Assembly (NCBI GenBank): GCA_963814315.1
Contig: CAWFCG010000001.1
Coordinates: 586,903 to 650,902, forward strand
DNA length: 64,000 nt
Origin: an uncultured Chloroflexia bacterium
GTDB lineage: Bacteria; Chloroflexota; Limnocylindria; Limnocylindrales; CSP1-4
Direction: 5' to 3'
The translations under genes and the position numbers were made by a program. The notes under the pieces are model-generated. The model saw only the letters and a list, made by a program, of their open reading frames with translations, was not told the origin of the DNA and searched no databases. Shown piece after piece: positions 60,336 to 64,000 of this stretch (positions are counted from its first letter, which is position 1; every line of letters starts with the position of its first letter).

Positions 60336-61283
60336 GTGACCGCTAACGCCGAGCCGATAGGGAGCCCTGATCCAGCCGCCGAGCGTGCTGCTGCGATCGC
60401 GGATTTCCAGCGACGCGACAAGTGGCGGAGGCGGCTGCCCCTCCTCCCGGCCCTGCTGTTCACCATCCTGGTGACGCAGGTCCCCTTCCTGGTCAACATC
60501 TGGTTCAGCCTCCATGAGTGGACGATCTTCCCGCCCAGGGGTCCCGACTTCATCGGCCTGGAGAACTTCACCGAGGGGTACTCCAACCAGTTCTTCCTCC
60601 AGGCGGTCAGCACCTCGGTACTCATGACCGTGGCGGCCGTGCTCCTGTCGCTGCTCATCGGCACAGGACTCGCGCTCCTGCTGGACCGTCAGTTCTTCGG
60701 CCGCGGGATCGCCAGGACCCTGCTCATCACGCCGTTCCTGATCATGCCAGTGGTGGCCGGCCTGGTCTGGAAGAACCAGATCTTCAACTCGAGCTTCGGC
60801 GTCCTCAACGCACTCATCGAGGCCATCGGTCTCGACACCATCCCCTTCGTCGAGCGCTATCCGTTCTGGTCGATCGTCACGGTCCTGGTTTGGCAGTGGT
60901 CGCCGTTCATGATGCTCATCATCCTGGCCGGCCTGCAGGGGCAACCCACTGACATCCTTGAGGCCGCCCGGGTCGACCGCGCCAGCAGCCGGGGTGTCTT
61001 CACGCAGATCACCCTGCCGCTGTTGCGACCCTACATGGAGCTGGGCATCGTGCTGGGCGCCATCTATCTGCTGCAGGTGTTCGACCAGATCGAGGTCATG
61101 ACCGGTGGGGGTCCCGGGTCGACGAACGTGCCCTACTTCGTCTACCAGCGGGCGATCGGGGGTGGCTGGGACTTCGGTCTGGCCGCGGCCTATTCGATCA
61201 TCGTGGTCATCGCCACGATCATCATCGCCACCTTCGCCCTCCGCGTCCTGTCCAGCCTCTTCCAGCGTCAGGAGTCGGTATGA
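60336..61283 (+). CDS. carbohydrate ABC permease (MalF/SmoF-type)
   Basis: Six TM helices with an EAA loop (ILEAARVDRASSRGVFTQITLPL). Confidence 0.85.
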   Translation: MTANAEPIGSPDPAAERAAAIADFQRRDKWRRRLPLLPALLFTILVTQVPFLVNIWFSLHEWTIFPPRGPDFIGLENFTEGYSNQFFLQAVSTSVLMTVAAVLLSLLIGTGLALLLDRQFFGRGIARTLLITPFLIMPVVAGLVWKNQIFNSSFGVLNALIEAIGLDTIPFVERYPFWSIVTVLVWQWSPFMMLIILAGLQGQPTDILEAARVDRASSRGVFTQITLPLLRPYMELGIVLGAIYLLQVFDQIEVMTGGGPGSTNVPYFVYQRAIGGGWDFGLAAAYSIIVVIATIIIATFALRVLSSLFQRQESV

Positions 61284-62140
61284 CCCTCACCGCAGCTGAC
61301 AAGCAGCTCAGGGGGCAGTCCCGTTGGGGCACGCTCCTGCTCGCTATCGTCACATGGTTCGTCGCCGCACTCTTCTTCTTTCCGGTCTTCTGGATGGCGC
61401 TCAACAGCTTCAAGACAGAGCTGGTGGCGAACACGAAGCCAGTGCTCTTCTTCGAGCCCACGCTCGAACGCTGGCAGGCGGCGACCGAGTCGATACCCGG
61501 GCTGCTCAGCTTCGGCGAGGCGTTCTACAACTCGTTCCTCGTCGTCATCGTCTCGACCCTGCTGGTGCTGCTGCTGGCCATCCCCGCTGCCTACGCTCTG
61601 GCCATCTACCCCATCCACAACTGGCGTGATGCGCTGTTCTTCTTCATCTCCACCAAGTTCCTGCCTGTCGTGGCCGCGATCCTGCCGCTGTGGTATATCT
61701 CCAAGGAACTGGGGCTATTGAACACCCACCTGGTGCTCATCATCCTGTACACGGCCATGAACCTGCCACTCGCGGTATGGATGCTGAACTCGTTCTTCCG
61801 CGAGGTCCCGCGTGAGCTCATAGAGGCGGCACAGATGGACGGGACCGGGCTGTTTGGGCAGCTCAAGGACGTCATGCTGCCCATCGTCGCGCCGGGCATC
61901 GCTGCGACCGCACTGCTGTGCTTCATCTTCGCCTGGAACGAGTTCTTCCTGGCGGTCCAGTTGAACCCGGTCGAAGGCTCGACGGTGCCGGTCTGGGTCA
62001 GCACCAGCGTCACCACTCGTGGCCAATTCATGGCCAAGCTATCGGCAGCATCGACCCTGGCGGTGCTGCCGGTCGTCATCGCCGGCTGGATCGCCCAGAA
62101 GCGCATGATCCGCGGTCTATCCATGGGCGCCATCAAGTAG
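61280..62140 (+). CDS. carbohydrate ABC permease (MalG/SmoG-type)
   Basis: ATGA overlap with the upstream permease. EAA loop IEAAQMDGTGLFGQLKDVMLPI. Confidence 0.85.
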   Translation: MTLTAADKQLRGQSRWGTLLLAIVTWFVAALFFFPVFWMALNSFKTELVANTKPVLFFEPTLERWQAATESIPGLLSFGEAFYNSFLVVIVSTLLVLLLAIPAAYALAIYPIHNWRDALFFFISTKFLPVVAAILPLWYISKELGLLNTHLVLIILYTAMNLPLAVWMLNSFFREVPRELIEAAQMDGTGLFGQLKDVMLPIVAPGIAATALLCFIFAWNEFFLAVQLNPVEGSTVPVWVSTSVTTRGQFMAKLSAASTLAVLPVVIAGWIAQKRMIRGLSMGAIK

Positions 62141-62147
62141 GGGAGTC

Positions 62148-63245
62148 ATGGCTGAAGTCAGTTATCGAGACGCGACCAGGATCTACCCTGGCACCAAGCG
62201 GCCCGCGGTCGATCACCTGAACCTCACGGTCAACGATGGTGAGTTCCTCGTGCTGGTCGGCCCTTCAGGGTCGGGCAAGTCGACGGCCCTTCGCATGCTC
62301 GCCGGGCTTGAGGCCTGTGACGAGGGCACCATCTACATCGGTGATCGCGACGTGACCCTGGTCCAGCCAAAGGACCGCGACGTAGCCATGGTCTTCCAGA
62401 GCTACGCACTCTATCCGCACATGAGCGTGGCCCAGAACATCGGCTTCCCCCTGAAACAGCAGAAGGTCTCCAAGGAAGATCGTGAGAAGCAGGTCATGGA
62501 GGCGGCGCGCATCCTGGACCTGGTCGAATACCTCGATCGCAAGCCCAAGCAACTGTCGGGCGGACAGCGTCAGCGGGTGGCAATGGGACGCGCCATCGTG
62601 CGCAACCCGCAGGTCTTCCTCATGGACGAGCCCCTCTCCAACCTCGACGCCAAGCTGCGCGTCCAGACTCGAGCCGAGCTGGCCGACCTGCAGGCTCGTC
62701 TCGGGGTCACCACGGTGTATGTCACCCATGACCAGGTGGAGGCTATGACGATGGGCCACCGCGTGGCCATCCTTGACTACGGTGTGATGCAGCAGGTGGC
62801 CACACCCGGCGAACTCTATCGTCGACCCGCGAACCTGTTCGTGGCCGGATTCATCGGCTCGCCAGCGATGAACCTCATCTCCACGAACATCGAGGATGGC
62901 TTTGTCATCTTTGGATCGATCCGCATCCCACTCGACCCTGCGGTCAGTGCGGCCGTCGCCGAGGCCGGGCCTGGCGACCTGAAGATGGGCGTGAGGCCAC
63001 AGGGCTTGTCACTGGGCACCGGAGGGGTCCCCGCCAAGGTGGTCGTCGTTGAGGAGCTCGGCTCCGAGACGTTCGTCTTCGTCGAGCTCGAGCATCTGGG
63101 GCAAACCACGCGCATCCGCGTGCGTGTCGATGCCGACTACCGGGTCAGGCGCGGCGAGCTGACCAGTGTCGGAGTCTTGGGACCGGTGCACCTCTTTGGC
63201 CCTGATGGCCTCCGAATCGAGCCCTCCATGGAACAGGCAGCCTGA
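62148..63245 (+). CDS. carbohydrate ABC ATP-binding protein (MalK/MsiK/SmoK-type)
   Basis: Walker A GPSGSGKST, LSGGQRQR, Walker B FLMDEPLSNLD, and a C-terminal TOBE/MalK regulatory domain. Confidence 0.9.
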   Translation: MAEVSYRDATRIYPGTKRPAVDHLNLTVNDGEFLVLVGPSGSGKSTALRMLAGLEACDEGTIYIGDRDVTLVQPKDRDVAMVFQSYALYPHMSVAQNIGFPLKQQKVSKEDREKQVMEAARILDLVEYLDRKPKQLSGGQRQRVAMGRAIVRNPQVFLMDEPLSNLDAKLRVQTRAELADLQARLGVTTVYVTHDQVEAMTMGHRVAILDYGVMQQVATPGELYRRPANLFVAGFIGSPAMNLISTNIEDGFVIFGSIRIPLDPAVSAAVAEAGPGDLKMGVRPQGLSLGTGGVPAKVVVVEELGSETFVFVELEHLGQTTRIRVRVDADYRVRRGELTSVGVLGPVHLFGPDGLRIEPSMEQAA

Positions 63246-63250
63246 ACGCG

Positions 63251-64000
63251 ATGGCAACGACATACGACTTCAGTGGTTCCGCCGCCCTGGTGACGGGAGC
63301 GGCCGGTGACATCGGTCGAGCAGTGGCCCTGCGTCTCTCCGCGGCCGGTGCCAGGGTCGTTATTACCGACCTTGATCGTGCCGTCTCCGGGTTGCAGCAG
63401 ACCCGCGACGCCTGTGCCGCGCTCGCCGGGGGCGACACCGTCGTGGCGCTGACCGCCGACGTCACCGATCCTGCTAGCGTCAGGGCTTGCTACGCGGCCG
63501 CTGTCGACCACGTCGGCGTCCCCAGCCTCGTGTTCAACAACGCCGGTGTGCAGGGGGAACTGCTGCCGCTGCAGGACTATCCGGTCGCGGACTTCCCGTT
63601 CGTCATGAACGTCAACGTTTTCGGCATCTTCAACGTGCTTCGTGAGTCTGCACGCCGACTACGCGACGCTGGTGCAAGCGGTGCCATCGTCAACTCGGCG
63701 TCGATGGCTGGCGTCGAAGGGGCCGCCAATATGCCGGCCTACAGTGCCTCCAAGGGTGCTGTGATGAGCCTGACCCGCTCGGCATCCAAGGACTTCGCGC
63801 CGTTGGGCATCCGCGTCAATGCCATATCGCCGGCGTTCGTCGGCGAAGGCCTCATGTGGGAGCGCCAGGTCACCCGCCAAGCGCAGGCGGACACGCAGTA
63901 CTACTCGACCGACCCGGTGGTCGTGGCGCAGCAGATGATCGATGCCGTCCCAGTGCGTCGCACCGGCACGCTCGACGAGGTCGCCGCCGCCGTGCTTTGG
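63251..64000 (+). CDS. short-chain dehydrogenase/reductase (SDR), polyol dehydrogenase-like; 3' end beyond the window
   Basis: ATG at 63251. TGAAGDIGRA glycine motif. NSASMAG...YSASKGAV catalytic Ser/Tyr/Lys. Open to position 64000. Confidence 0.8.
   Translation, partial: MATTYDFSGSAALVTGAAGDIGRAVALRLSAAGARVVITDLDRAVSGLQQTRDACAALAGGDTVVALTADVTDPASVRACYAAAVDHVGVPSLVFNNAGVQGELLPLQDYPVADFPFVMNVNVFGIFNVLRESARRLRDAGASGAIVNSASMAGVEGAANMPAYSASKGAVMSLTRSASKDFAPLGIRVNAISPAFVGEGLMWERQVTRQAQADTQYYSTDPVVVAQQMIDAVPVRRTGTLDEVAAAVLW

Overview
High-GC, actinobacterial-type chromosomal window that is almost entirely coding. No rRNA, tRNA or CRISPR array was seen.

Three blocks stand out.

(1) Positions 1-16.9 kb: a co-directional minus-strand array of four ECF sigma factor / membrane anti-sigma factor pairs, each translationally coupled. 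Two of the pairs are close paralogs. They are interleaved with secreted or lipid-anchored proteins: a putative esterase with an N-terminal repeat domain, a lipoprotein, and a secreted internal-repeat protein. A divergent large secreted protein and a Pro/Thr-linker Fn3-like protein follow. Many of these proteins share a 'DG(T/S)(V/I/L)W' beta-propeller-like repeat. The block ends in an IS630-family transposase remnant that truncates a second copy of the secreted-repeat gene, whose 5' leader is duplicated.

(2) Positions 19.6-41.7 kb: a roughly 22 kb minus-strand carbohydrate/polyol catabolic island. It contains a monosaccharide ABC transporter, an L-fucose-isomerase-family enzyme, two FGGY kinases, a PfkB kinase, a SIS protein, two Zn-dependent ADHs, a mannitol-DH-family enzyme, two paralogous SAF-domain oxidoreductases, a URO-D-like protein, a VOC protein and a SorC-family regulator. 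Two palindromic TGAGAAT-type operator candidates are present. The enzyme set does not match a textbook pathway.

(3) Positions 42-64 kb: mixed housekeeping and accessory genes. These include a VapB-like antitoxin with a truncated VapC remnant, a CoADR-rhodanese with divergent DsbB, an OCD / threonine-dehydratase-like / aminotransferase operon, an LtrA-family protein, a ferric-reductase / FMN-binding / ApbE operon, an APH-family kinase and an IMPase. A classical sorbitol/mannitol locus (mtlK, deoR, smoEFGK-like ABC transporter, SDR) is truncated at the window end.

At least five to six apparent frameshifts disrupt otherwise good genes. They are either real pseudogenes or assembly indels.
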